The notes under the pieces were generated by a model, which worked only from the letters and a program-made list of their open reading frames with translations, had not been told where the DNA came from and made no database searches. DNA of 64,000 bases from contig JBDRIV010000004.1 in assembly GCA_043815505.1 (NCBI GenBank), forward strand, positions 113,671 to 177,670. Reading direction: 5' to 3'. Below, in pieces: positions 33,815-42,347 of this stretch (positions within the stretch are counted from its first letter, which is position 1; each line of letters starts with the position of its first letter). This DNA is from a bacterium (GTDB lineage: Bacteria; Patescibacteriota; JABMPQ01; JBDRIV01). Position numbers and translations under genes: made by a program.

Positions 33815-34534
33815 ATGGAAGAAAATAGTACTAAAAATTTAATTTCAGTTATTGTCCCGGTTTTTAATAGTGGCTGGATTATTACTGATTGTCTGAATAG
33901 TTTGCTTAATCAAACTTACAAGAACTGGGAAATTATTGTGGTTAATGACGGCTCAACTGATAATTCGGTTGAGATTCTAAACACTTTTTCCGATCGCGTG
34001 AAAATTATCAATCAGAAAAATAGTGGTGCCAATTCAGCACGTAACCGAGGTTTGAAGGAAGCACGAGGAGATTTTTTACTTTTTAGTGATTCTGATATTA
34101 TTTGGCAAACAGATGCTTTAGAAAAACTTTTTTCAGCTTTAGAAAATAATCCTGATAAATCTTATGCTTATTCATCTTTTAAATTTGGTTGTAAAAGATT
34201 TAAATTATGGAAATTTGATGCTAACAAATTAAAAACGGTAAATTATATTCACTCTTCATCTTTGGTCAGACGAGAACATTTTCCAGGCTGGGACGAAAGC
34301 ATAAAACGATTACAAGATTGGGATGTGTGGCTAACAATGCTTGAACAAAACTATACAGGTATTTGGGTGCCAGAAATTTTGTTTGTTTCAAAAACAAAAA
34401 ATAACAGTATAAGTTCTTGGTTACCATCCTTTTTCTACAAAATTCCTTTTGCAAAATTAGGTTTAAAAAATCCTCAAAAAATTGCAGATTATAAAAAAGC
34501 TGAACAAATTGTAAAAGCGAAACATAATTTATGA
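33815..34534 (+). CDS. glycosyltransferase family 2
   Basis: ISVIVPVFNSG...VVNDGSTD GT2 N-terminal motif; start chosen at the internal Met rather than the tracked 33731. Confidence 0.7.
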   Translation: MEENSTKNLISVIVPVFNSGWIITDCLNSLLNQTYKNWEIIVVNDGSTDNSVEILNTFSDRVKIINQKNSGANSARNRGLKEARGDFLLFSDSDIIWQTDALEKLFSALENNPDKSYAYSSFKFGCKRFKLWKFDANKLKTVNYIHSSSLVRREHFPGWDESIKRLQDWDVWLTMLEQNYTGIWVPEILFVSKTKNNSISSWLPSFFYKIPFAKLGLKNPQKIADYKKAEQIVKAKHNL

Positions 34535-35502
34535 GCGATAAACTTCTAGACATCGTAATAATAACTTATAACTCACAAAGTGATATTTCTAATCTATTGG
34601 ATTCTTTGCGCTTACAAACTTGGCGTGATTTTTCTATTACCGTAATTGATAATTTTTCCCAAGATAAAACTCGTGGGATCATAAAAAAGAACTATCCGGA
34701 AGTTACACTTATTAAAAACAATGAAAATAATTATTTTTCTCCAGCTTGTAATCAGGGTTTGAAAAATACTTCCGCGCAATATGTTTTATATTGCAATCCT
34801 GACATGGTAATTGATAAAAATGCTTTGCAAGAATTTTACAATTATTTTAAAACTCATCCTAAATTTGGATCACTTGGTGGCAAGATATATCAATTATCAA
34901 TGTGTAAAAACAAAACTGAAATGCTTGATTCAGCTAGTATTAAAATACTTTCCAGTCTACAAGCCATAGATCGCGGATATAATGAAAAAGATTCTGGGCA
35001 ATTTGAAAATGTGGAACAGGTATTTGGTCACTCTGGTGCTTTTGTGTTGTATAATCGTAAAGCTTTAAATGATATTGCCATTAACGGAGAAGTTTTTGAC
35101 AACGACTTCAAAATGTACAAAGAAGATGTTGATGTTGCCTATCGTTTAAATCTACGTGGTTGGAAAAATTTCTATTTGCCGCGCGTTTTTGCTTGGCATT
35201 GTCGTTCTATAAATGCCAAACAAAATAGAAAAAGTCGTTCCGTTTTAATTAGGCGCTTGAGTTATACCAATCATATTCTCACAATTTTCAAAAATATTCC
35301 TTGTGGAATTTTTATGAAACATTTTTTGCCCTTTTTTTGGTACGAAATAAAAAAGAAGGTTTATATTCTTATTTTAGATTGGCCAGTTGTGCCGGCTTTA
35401 TTTGCCATAGTTCCTGGATTTTTCCGTATGATAAAAAAACGCCGCCAAATGCCGCGCCGTGTAATTAATAATTCAGATTTAGAAAAGATTATTTTCGGAT
35501 AG
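34531..35502 (+). CDS. glycosyltransferase family 2
   Basis: IVIITYNSQ...VIDNFSQD; 4-nt overlap with the upstream GT2 gene. Confidence 0.75.
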   Translation: MSDKLLDIVIITYNSQSDISNLLDSLRLQTWRDFSITVIDNFSQDKTRGIIKKNYPEVTLIKNNENNYFSPACNQGLKNTSAQYVLYCNPDMVIDKNALQEFYNYFKTHPKFGSLGGKIYQLSMCKNKTEMLDSASIKILSSLQAIDRGYNEKDSGQFENVEQVFGHSGAFVLYNRKALNDIAINGEVFDNDFKMYKEDVDVAYRLNLRGWKNFYLPRVFAWHCRSINAKQNRKSRSVLIRRLSYTNHILTIFKNIPCGIFMKHFLPFFWYEIKKKVYILILDWPVVPALFAIVPGFFRMIKKRRQMPRRVINNSDLEKIIFG

Positions 35503-35560
35503 TAATTTAGCATTACTATTTTCCATAGCGGAAACGATTTGAAAATATATTTAATTTAAA

Positions 35561-35625
35561 CATTCTGACATTCTTGAGAATGTTGGAATGTTTTATTCTG
35601 GTGTTCTTAAGAATTTAAGAATAGA
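35561..35625. repeat. 3'-end repeat family copy 1
   Basis: 24-nt exact match ACATTCTTGAGAATGTTGGAATGT with 61386-61409, plus shared GTTCTTAAGAATTT. Confidence 0.5.
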
Positions 35626-35653
35626 CGTAGCAATTTTATAGTTTACAATTTGA

Positions 35654-36361
35654 TTATTTTCGGATAGTTGCAAAACTTAAATTTTTAGGACATTTTGTCA
35701 GGCACCTACTGCCTTTTTTTGTGACCAAATAATCATCTTCTATTCTCACTCCACCAAAATCCTTAATGTAAATACCCGGTTCAATGGTAATTACATCTCC
35801 AACTTTTAAACGTTCAAACTTTTTAGCTTTGCGGGATAGAAAAGGACGTTCGTGAATTTGTCTTCCTACTCCGTGTCCGAGACCATGATTAAAATATTCT
35901 AAATAGTTTTTCTTTTTCAAATTAGCGCAAGCGATTTCATAAAGTTTTTTTGCTCCCCGACCAGATTTTATTTCCCCCGCTGCCAGCTTTTGCGTTTGTA
36001 AAACTAGATTATAAATTTCTTTTTGTTTTTTTGTAGGATTTCCCATAATAAAAGTTCTGGTAATATCTGAGTGCCAGCCAAAATATTTCGCACCAAAATC
36101 TATAAACACCACATCCCCTTTTTTTAATTTTGTTGAATTTGGTTTATGATGAGGATTAATTCCGTTTTTTCCGGTAGCTACTAAAATTGGAAAAGCTAAA
36201 TCATCGGTTCCCCTTTTTAAAATTTCTGCTCTAATAAAATGAGCGATTTCTATTTCTGTTCTTCCTACTCGCAAGAACTTTCTAACTAACAACATAACCT
36301 GATCAGAAATTTGACAACCTTTAGTGATATAAAAATATTTTTTCTTTAACTTCTTTGTCAT
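35654..36361 (-). CDS. map: methionine aminopeptidase type I
   Basis: 235 aa M24 peptidase with conserved metal-binding D/H/E residues. Confidence 0.85.
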   Translation of the reverse strand: MTKKLKKKYFYITKGCQISDQVMLLVRKFLRVGRTEIEIAHFIRAEILKRGTDDLAFPILVATGKNGINPHHKPNSTKLKKGDVVFIDFGAKYFGWHSDITRTFIMGNPTKKQKEIYNLVLQTQKLAAGEIKSGRGAKKLYEIACANLKKKNYLEYFNHGLGHGVGRQIHERPFLSRKAKKFERLKVGDVITIEPGIYIKDFGGVRIEDDYLVTKKGSRCLTKCPKNLSFATIRK

Positions 36362-36691
36362 AAATCTATTTTAGCATGAATAAAAAATATTGACTTCAAA
36401 ATAAAAACCAACTATCATTGTATCAGATATTTTTCGACTCTTTTCTAACAAATAGGTGAATCATGAAAATTGCACTAAAAATGTTCGAGACGAATGGATT
36501 GACTGAATTGGCCGTGCAACGTCTGCATGAACTTAATCCAAACCAAACAAATGAAGAGGAAATAAACTTTTCTCACCATGCACCTCCCACAGAACAAAAC
36601 AATTCACCTGCAAAATAAAATAATCAATGATCTTTTTTCTCCTGGGGACTCAACGTTCCCCTCTTTTTTTGCTTTATGATACACTTGTTAT

Positions 36692-37162
36692 ATGAAAATA
36701 TTAGCGAAAAATCGCAGAGCAAAATTTGATTACCACCTGAAAGAATTTTTTGAAGCAGGTATTGTTTTGACTGGTCAAGAAACAAAATCAACCAAAGGTG
36801 GAAATATTAGCTTGAAAGGAAGTTACGTGACTTTGCATCCGGTTAAAGGTAAGCCCGGCTATATGGAAGCCTTTCTCTTAAATGCTCATATTTCCCCTTA
36901 TAAACACGCGGGGGAATTACCGGATTATGACCCGGTGCGCACCAGAAAATTACTGTTGAAAAAAGCAGAAATTAGAAAATTGATCGGTAAAAAGCAGGCA
37001 GAAGGCTTGACAATAGTACCTACAAAAGTGTATACTAAGCGACGCAAAATTAAAGTTGAAATCGCCCTTGCCCGCGGTAAGAAACAATATGACAAGCGCG
37101 AAGGAATTAAGCAACGCCAAGATGATCGCGCCGCCGAACGCGAATTGCGGGGAAAGATATAA
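36692..37162 (+). CDS. smpB: SsrA-binding protein
   Basis: 156 aa with SmpB-like sequence; immediately upstream of the tmRNA locus. Confidence 0.9.
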   Translation: MKILAKNRRAKFDYHLKEFFEAGIVLTGQETKSTKGGNISLKGSYVTLHPVKGKPGYMEAFLLNAHISPYKHAGELPDYDPVRTRKLLLKKAEIRKLIGKKQAEGLTIVPTKVYTKRRKIKVEIALARGKKQYDKREGIKQRQDDRAAERELRGKI

Positions 37163-37163
37163 T

Positions 37164-37628
37164 ATGTATAAAAAAGAAGATTTTTTTCAAGTTATAGGCC
37201 ATGTAAGTGTTTTTTTCTCAACATTAGATGTTTTAACCTCAATTCTAATTAGTGAATTAGTTAAGAAATCAGTAGCCAACAAACCAAAATATGATGATAC
37301 TTTAGGTATAAAATTCCGTTTTTTGAAAGGTTTAAATAATGAAGATGTAAATAGTGTTAAAACTTTAAAAAAGTTAAACGGGTTAATTGATGAAGCAATT
37401 AAGATAAGCGATGAAAGAAATAGATATATTCACGACCTATGGGTATTTGATGATAAAAATATAAGAAAAGGATATATTGATCGGTTGCGCATGAAAGGAA
37501 CCAATAAAATAGGATTTGAAAAAGAAGTTTCAACGCTATCAATTAATGATTTATACGTGTTTCTGAAAGGAATTGGTAATATGCAAGAATCGATTGGTAA
37601 GATGATAAAGAATAAGGGTAATATATAA
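37164..37628 (+). CDS. hypothetical protein coupled to smpB
   Basis: ATG overlaps the smpB stop (TAATATG); 154 aa, AT-rich, no recognised motif. Confidence 0.45.
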   Translation: MYKKEDFFQVIGHVSVFFSTLDVLTSILISELVKKSVANKPKYDDTLGIKFRFLKGLNNEDVNSVKTLKKLNGLIDEAIKISDERNRYIHDLWVFDDKNIRKGYIDRLRMKGTNKIGFEKEVSTLSINDLYVFLKGIGNMQESIGKMIKNKGNI

Positions 37629-37912
37629 TATTTTTAGTAAGTAGTATGGTTAAACCGACACTTAAAACTTCATATAAGGATTTAGTATTATGGATTAATG
37701 GTAGTAATGGTTCATCTTTTCCCCACAGTATGATAAAGCAAAAGCTGTTTTAGATGCTAAAATAGCAATTCAACAAACTGAACAAACTAAACAATTAAAA
37801 TTTGCAACTTGGATACTTGCTTTTGCAATAATTGGACTTCTAATCGCAAATATTGTATTAATAATAGTAACTTTGTGCCATTAGCTATATGCTATTGGCC
37901 ATAGGCCAATAC

Positions 37913-38308
37913 GGGGATGCACGGCTTCGATAGTTTTGTTCCCTAAGAATTTGCAAACCGAGCTGTTATCTCGTAAATCTAACACCTGAACACGTGCAAA
38001 CACTGTTCAAAGAATGAAAGACAAAGTTGTTAGCTTTGCTCGCAGCCTTACGCCTTCATTCGCTCCTGTAGTTGCTTAATTAAGTAACTACCATCGCACT
38101 CACCTGCCTGAGGGGGAGGTTCGCGGTGTCATTTATCAGGCTTAGATTCTAAATGCTAATCATCCATTTATAATCGACATCTCTTGATGATTATGATTTA
38201 TTCGCTTTTGTCTATTTTTATGAATAAATCGAGAACTCCAAATAGACTATGTTTGTAGAAGGTTTTTAGATACGATGCTAGACGTGGGTTCGATTCCCAC
38301 CATCTCCA
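37913..38308 (+). ncRNA. ssrA: tmRNA (ssrA)
   Basis: 5' GGGGAUGCACGGCUUCGAUAG tRNA-like start; 3' T-arm GUGGGUUCGAUUCCCAC plus acceptor strand CAUCUCC complementary to the 5' GGGGAUG; candidate tag ORF ending ...PVVA-UAA; located just after smpB. Confidence 0.75.
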
Positions 38309-38310
38309 TA

Positions 38311-38340
38311 AAAGAATCCCTTAAGAAAGGGATTTTTTTA
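38311..38340 (+). terminator. intrinsic terminator after ssrA
   Basis: AAAGAATCCC-TTAAG-AAAGGGATTTTTTT hairpin plus T-run. Confidence 0.55.
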
Positions 38341-38517
38341 TTAACTACAATTCAAACGAGGCGCGCAGTGAACGAAGTGAACGAGCACGCGTTTGAATTA
38401 AGAGGAAGAATAATATGCAAGCTGTAGCAAATAAATTTATTTGTTTGCGAAAGCTGGAGAATTATTCTGACGAGAGGCCGGACCAAAAAAGATTTACGTC
38501 AGTAAATCTATTTTTGG

Positions 38518-38535
38518 CGATTCCCACCATCTCCA
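38518..38535 (+). repeat. 18-bp direct repeat of the tmRNA 3' end (att-like)
   Basis: CGATTCCCACCATCTCCA is identical to 38291-38308. Confidence 0.6.
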
Positions 38536-38795
38536 CCAAAAATATTCATGCTTTTGTATGGATTTTTTTGATTGAGATGCATGAACATTTATTCTTTAAG
38601 GATTTGCTTTAATAAATATAATAGTATAATTTAATATTAATGTGGGGAAACGGCGTGTTCCTACCTAACAAACTCGTTAATGATCTCACCAAATATGTTT
38701 AAATACTGCTTGTTTACCTTCTCTAGGTAAACACCAACTATGTCCCATAACTGTCTCAGAAACAGTTTAACACGCCGTTTCTCCGTTTCTCTTGA

Positions 38796-38893
38796 CCCAG
38801 CCCCAGTTTTATAGAACTCGTGGTTTTGAAAATTATTAATGCTAATGAATTTCTGAAATTCAAGTACTTGAATTTAGCAAAACTGGAGCTGGG
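38796..38893. repeat. long-loop member of the CCCAGCYCCAGTTTT/AAAACTGGRGCTGGG hairpin family
   Basis: 15-bp arms with one mismatch and a loop of about 68 nt; related copies at 55346-55440, 48298-48328 and 10731-10769. Confidence 0.5.
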
Positions 38894-38921
38894 TTGACAG
38901 ATTTTACAGTTTAAGTATAAT
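38894..38921 (+). promoter_or_regulatory. consensus sigma70-type promoter TTGACA-N16-TATAAT
   Basis: Exact hexamers at 38894-38899 and 38916-38921. Confidence 0.45.
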
Positions 38922-38929
38922 TTCTAATG

Positions 38930-39450
38930 CCATCAATCGGCACTTGATCATTTGATAATATGGGGATACGGGGGCGTAGACGAGAGAGTTTGTTTGCATG
39001 TAACTTAGTGGAAATTCGACGAACAGCACCATTGGCGCCCGCACATCGGTTAACGCGGTTTCGCCAGACTTGGTGCTACGTGGTTTATCGCCATCGACGC
39101 AAGACGCGGATTAACTATCCGCGCATCCGCCGGACAGCCCAGCGAGCCTTGCTCGCTGACGTTATCAACATTTTCACGCAGGTGTAGATCTTATTGGAAG
39201 ACCTTCGTCCTCGCAAAATAAAAACGCGACTCTATCGAATGTCTGCTATCAGCACCATAAACACCATGCAATCCAGTATGGCTTTATGGATCGTTGATCC
39301 TTGACTGCATCTAACCTGCGTCTTCGTGCTCTCTCTGATGCGCCTCCGTCCCCTACCCATACCCAACCAGAGGAGAATTTCTACCCCCTTCCCCTCTGCC
39401 CACCGGGGCCACAGCAAATCTTCATCGAGATGCTGTGGTCCCATTTTTTT
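38930..39450 (+). ncRNA. candidate structured ncRNA (about 520 nt)
   Basis: Promoter-to-terminator unit with no credible ORF, GC-rich with many local hairpins; terminator GGGCCACAGCA...UGCUGUGGUCCC plus U7 at about 39405-39450. Confidence 0.3.
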
Positions 39451-39499
39451 ATTAAATATTTGACAAAATATTTCTTGATATTATACTAATAAAGCTCTT

Positions 39500-39830
39500 T
39501 AGATATAAATATGTGGTGTGGTGCGGGGTGGCTGATAAGCTGATACGGTTGAGTGCTGTGTAAAAATCGTAATGGATATCCTTATTGGGGTCACGGCTAG
39601 ATTCCCATGATGTCCGAGGAACAGGAGTAAACCTGTACACACGTGCTGTGTCGCAGCATCGCGCAAAGTCAGTTAGTTCTGCATGCGCAGGCCCGCCAAG
39701 ATCAGTACCGAAAGGGAAAAATCGTTGGCCAATAATTCTGGGCACCATCTCGCCGAAATATCGCTTTTTCATCCCCCCGCACCCACCCTTTTTCAAGGCA
39801 GATTTGGACCAAGTCCTTTCTGCCTTTTCT
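39500..39830 (+). ncRNA. candidate structured ncRNA (about 330 nt)
   Basis: TTGACA-N16-TATACT promoter at 39461-39488; 5' GGTGCGGGG pairs with 3' CCCCGCACC; terminator AAGGCAGA...TCTGCCTT plus U-run at about 39787-39830. Confidence 0.25.
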
Positions 39831-39840
39831 TTTTCCTTGA

Positions 39841-39937
39841 CCCAGCAGCACAAGTATCTACACAAATATTAAGTATTTAAATTATTTATACTATTCTATT
39901 ATATCTGAAATAATAAAATGGAATTTGTACTACCGGG
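39841..39937. promoter_or_regulatory. GTAC-core cassette upstream of infC
   Basis: Degenerate distal CCCAGCAGCACAAGTA; proximal AATTTGTACTACCGGG (39922-39937), 57 nt before the infC TTG start. Confidence 0.4.
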
Positions 39938-39993
39938 TTGACCAAATGGTCATTTTTTTGTATTTTAAAGGTACTAACTACTAATTTTACATA

Positions 39994-40503
39994 TTGAAAA
40001 AACGTACCCGCATCAACGACCAAATCAGAGTTCCTCGTGTTAAAGTAATCGACGAAAACGGCGAGATGATTGGCGAAATAGAAACATCCGCAGCCCTACA
40101 AATGGCCAAAGAAAAAGAATTGGATTTAATAGAAGTTTCTCCTAATGCCAATCCACCAGTAACAAAGATCTTGGATTTTGGTTCATATCAGTATCGCCAG
40201 AAAAAACAAGAGCGCAAGCATAAAAGTAAACAGAAGAAATTTGAGATAAAAGGTGTCAGAATTTCGATGCGTATTAGTGACAACGATTTCAATTTTAAAG
40301 TGAAACAAGCCAATAATTTTTTAGATCAAGGACATAAAGTTAGAGTTGAATTGATTGTTAAAGGTCGTGAAAATCAGCATATTAATTTGGCTTATGATAA
40401 TATTCAGAAATTTGTTGATGCTTTGGAAGGAGAAGTTGTGATTGAACAAAAAGCTGCTAAACAGCGCTTGGGACTAGCTTGTGTGGTTGCTAGAAAAAGC
40501 TAG
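39994..40503 (+). CDS. infC: translation initiation factor IF-3
   Basis: 169 aa IF-3; non-ATG (TTG) start as usual for infC; followed by rpmI-rplT. Confidence 0.85.
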   Translation: MKKRTRINDQIRVPRVKVIDENGEMIGEIETSAALQMAKEKELDLIEVSPNANPPVTKILDFGSYQYRQKKQERKHKSKQKKFEIKGVRISMRISDNDFNFKVKQANNFLDQGHKVRVELIVKGRENQHINLAYDNIQKFVDALEGEVVIEQKAAKQRLGLACVVARKS

Positions 40504-40578
40504 ACTTGCTAAAATTTCAAATATTAGTTAAAATGATTAACGCATAAATTTACGCAATTAACTGCGATTTTTTAATAG

Positions 40579-40685
40579 CTCGGTAGTACAACCGGACTAA
40601 TAAAATAAGTATAATCCTTTCTGATAGTATTATGCTGATTAAATAAGTAAAAAACATTAAATAATCATTAAGTTGTACTACCGGG
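40579..40685. promoter_or_regulatory. GTAC-core inverted-repeat cassette upstream of rpmI
   Basis: Distal CTCGGTAGTACAACCGGA; proximal AGTTGTACTACCGGG ends at 40685, ATG at 40686. Confidence 0.55.
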
Positions 40686-40883
40686 ATGCCCAAACTAAAG
40701 ACTCATAAAGCAACTGCCAAAAGAATCAGATTAACTGCGAAGAAAAAACTGATGCAACGCTATACTCATCAGGATCATTTTAATGCTCGTGATACTGGCA
40801 ATAAAACTCGCAAAAAAAGAAGAGATGTTGTTTCTAGTTCAACCAACGTTAAGAAAATGAAAAAATCTCTTCCCTATCAATAG
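40686..40883 (+). CDS. rpmI: 50S ribosomal protein L35
   Basis: MPKLKTHKATAKR L35 N-terminus. Confidence 0.9.
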   Translation: MPKLKTHKATAKRIRLTAKKKLMQRYTHQDHFNARDTGNKTRKKRRDVVSSSTNVKKMKKSLPYQ

Positions 40884-40963
40884 AGATTAAAAAGCAAAGA
40901 GTAAAGAGCAAAATACTCGTTTCGTTTCTTTAATCTTTTATCTCTTAATTTTTATTTAATATT

Positions 40964-41317
40964 ATGCCGAGAGTAAAACGCGGAGTACAAGCTTCCAAAA
41001 GAAGAAAAAATGTTTTAAAAAAAGCCAAGGGCTATAGATTAGAACGTCATAAAAAATATCGAGCTGCTAAACAAGCTCGTATTAAAGCCGAATCTTATGC
41101 TACGCGCGATCGCAAAGTTCGTAAACGAGCAGTACGCCAATTGTGGATTGTTCGTCTAAACGCTGCTTGTAGAAAACACGACTTAAAATATTCGGAATTT
41201 ATGTCCCTGCTGAAAAAGAATAAAATTGAATTGGATAGAAAAATATTAGCTGACATTGCTATTAAAGAACCAAAAACATTTAAGGCCATTGTTGATCAGG
41301 TCAAACCGAAGAAATAA
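40964..41317 (+). CDS. rplT: 50S ribosomal protein L20
   Basis: MPRVKRGVQASKRRK L20 N-terminus. Confidence 0.9.
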   Translation: MPRVKRGVQASKRRKNVLKKAKGYRLERHKKYRAAKQARIKAESYATRDRKVRKRAVRQLWIVRLNAACRKHDLKYSEFMSLLKKNKIELDRKILADIAIKEPKTFKAIVDQVKPKK

Positions 41318-41327
41318 TAATTTGAGT

Positions 41328-41358
41328 TAAAAAAATAAGGGCTGCCCGAATGGGTAGC
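41328..41358. terminator. hairpin terminator after rplT
   Basis: AAGGGCTGCCC-GAAT-GGGTAGCCCTT. Confidence 0.5.
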
Positions 41359-41395
41359 CCTTTCTAGTTTGTTGTGTTCGTGTCGTCACCTGTTG

Positions 41396-42049
41396 TTAGG
41401 CGACGGCGGTTTCTTCGACGGTGGGTTCGGCCGGCTTGTCTTCCGACTTGGGGGGAAGCCACGCTTCTTCGACGATCGGCGGACGCATGTCCTCCGGCAT
41501 GTCGAACTCGTTGGTGCCGGGACGCGGGTCGTAGGCGAAGTCGACCCACAAGTAGTTGTTGAACCACTGGAACCAGGCCGATGTCTTGACGCCGATTTTC
41601 ATTCGCACCTGGTAGTCGAAGTGAGTCGGAAACAGCTCCCGCATCTCACCGAAATCAATGGCACGCTGGTAGACCTGTTGTTGCCCCCGCTTGTCGATGT
41701 AAACCAGTCGCACCTGCGACTGGACGATCCTCGAGACGCGCTCGAAGTCGGCGGCCGGTGCCCAGGCGATGGCCTGGTACTTGGCCCGATGTCCTGGGGG
41801 AGCCTCGACGATCCGCATAGGGATCACCTTCTCCAGTTCGGGGCGTGCGAAGAGCCGTTTCTTCTTCAAATCGAAGAAAAAGCCATTGCCGATGGGCTCG
41901 ATGGCTCGACCCGCCAAACGATGGACGTAGCATCCTTCGCGTCGTCCGTTGATGACGACTGTAGTGAAGAAAAACTCACTGTCGCCGATCTTGGCAACAG
42001 TACCGACCGTATTGATCGGCTTGGACTGACTCTGATATTGTCCTCTCAT
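41396..42049 (-). CDS. hypothetical protein in a high-GC island (about 217 aa)
   Basis: About 60% GC; AAGGAGG SD 7 nt before ATG at 42049; acidic Pro-rich C-terminal tail; no recognised domain. Confidence 0.6.
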   Translation of the reverse strand: MRGQYQSQSKPINTVGTVAKIGDSEFFFTTVVINGRREGCYVHRLAGRAIEPIGNGFFFDLKKKRLFARPELEKVIPMRIVEAPPGHRAKYQAIAWAPAADFERVSRIVQSQVRLVYIDKRGQQQVYQRAIDFGEMRELFPTHFDYQVRMKIGVKTSAWFQWFNNYLWVDFAYDPRPGTNEFDMPEDMRPPIVEEAWLPPKSEDKPAEPTVEETAVA

Positions 42050-42151
42050 GGCTTTTCCTCCTTGCCTTAGAGAGATTATATTATGGCGCAAAATTTTACA
42101 TGCGCCACCGAACACAAATTGAAACGAACATCATAACAACAAAAACATTGC

Positions 42152-42179
42152 ATTATACATTATTTGTAATATTTGTCAA
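42152..42179 (-). promoter_or_regulatory. consensus sigma70-type promoter (minus strand) TTGACA-N16-TATAAT
   Basis: TTGACA at 42179-42174 and TATAAT at 42157-42152, reading the minus strand. Confidence 0.45.
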
Positions 42180-42240
42180 TATTTAGAGGCTAAAACAAAA
42201 ACTGTCCATTTTTATAGACAGTTTTTTATACCTTATTTAA

Positions 42241-42340
42241 GCCCAGTAGTACAATTTACTTATTGAATTTTATCCTATTTTTTTGAACTTGTGAATAAAG
42301 AAGAAAATATTATTATCTAAGACAATTGTACTATCTGGGA
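42241..42340. promoter_or_regulatory. GTAC-core inverted-repeat pair
   Basis: GCCCAGTAGTACAATTT and CAATTGTACTATCTGGGA, between the subtilase stop and the promoter of the high-GC gene. Confidence 0.45.
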
Positions 42341-42347
42341 AGCCTTT

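Noticed and set aside
36464-36618. 51-aa ORF between map and smpB with a downstream GGGGA...TCCCC plus T-run terminator
   Set aside because: It is possibly a real small protein (weak AGGTGA SD), but composition and length give no support. It is not listed as a feature.
38415-38612. 65-aa ORF downstream of ssrA
   Set aside because: It runs straight across the duplicated tmRNA 3'-end repeat and has no conservation cues. It is likely a fortuitous ORF in an att remnant, despite a weak AGAGGAAG SD.
38930-39830. Attempt to identify the structured region as RNase P RNA, SRP RNA, 6S RNA or a group II intron domain V
   Set aside because: I could not find the P4/CR-I/CR-V RNase P signatures, the SRP helix-8 GGAA-containing motif, or a domain V consensus by eye on either strand. 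It is left as an unclassified candidate ncRNA rather than given a family name.
38960-39880. Short ORFs of 60-137 aa on both strands within 38.9-39.9 kb
   Set aside because: They are overlapping, Arg/Pro/Gly-rich and lack SD. This is the typical result of translating GC-rich structured RNA or non-coding DNA.
41369-42070. 233-aa plus-strand ORF and Arg-rich short ORFs overlapping the 41.4-42.0 kb gene
   Set aside because: These are antisense or frame shadows of the GC-rich minus-strand gene. They have no translation signals and low-complexity R/G/D composition.
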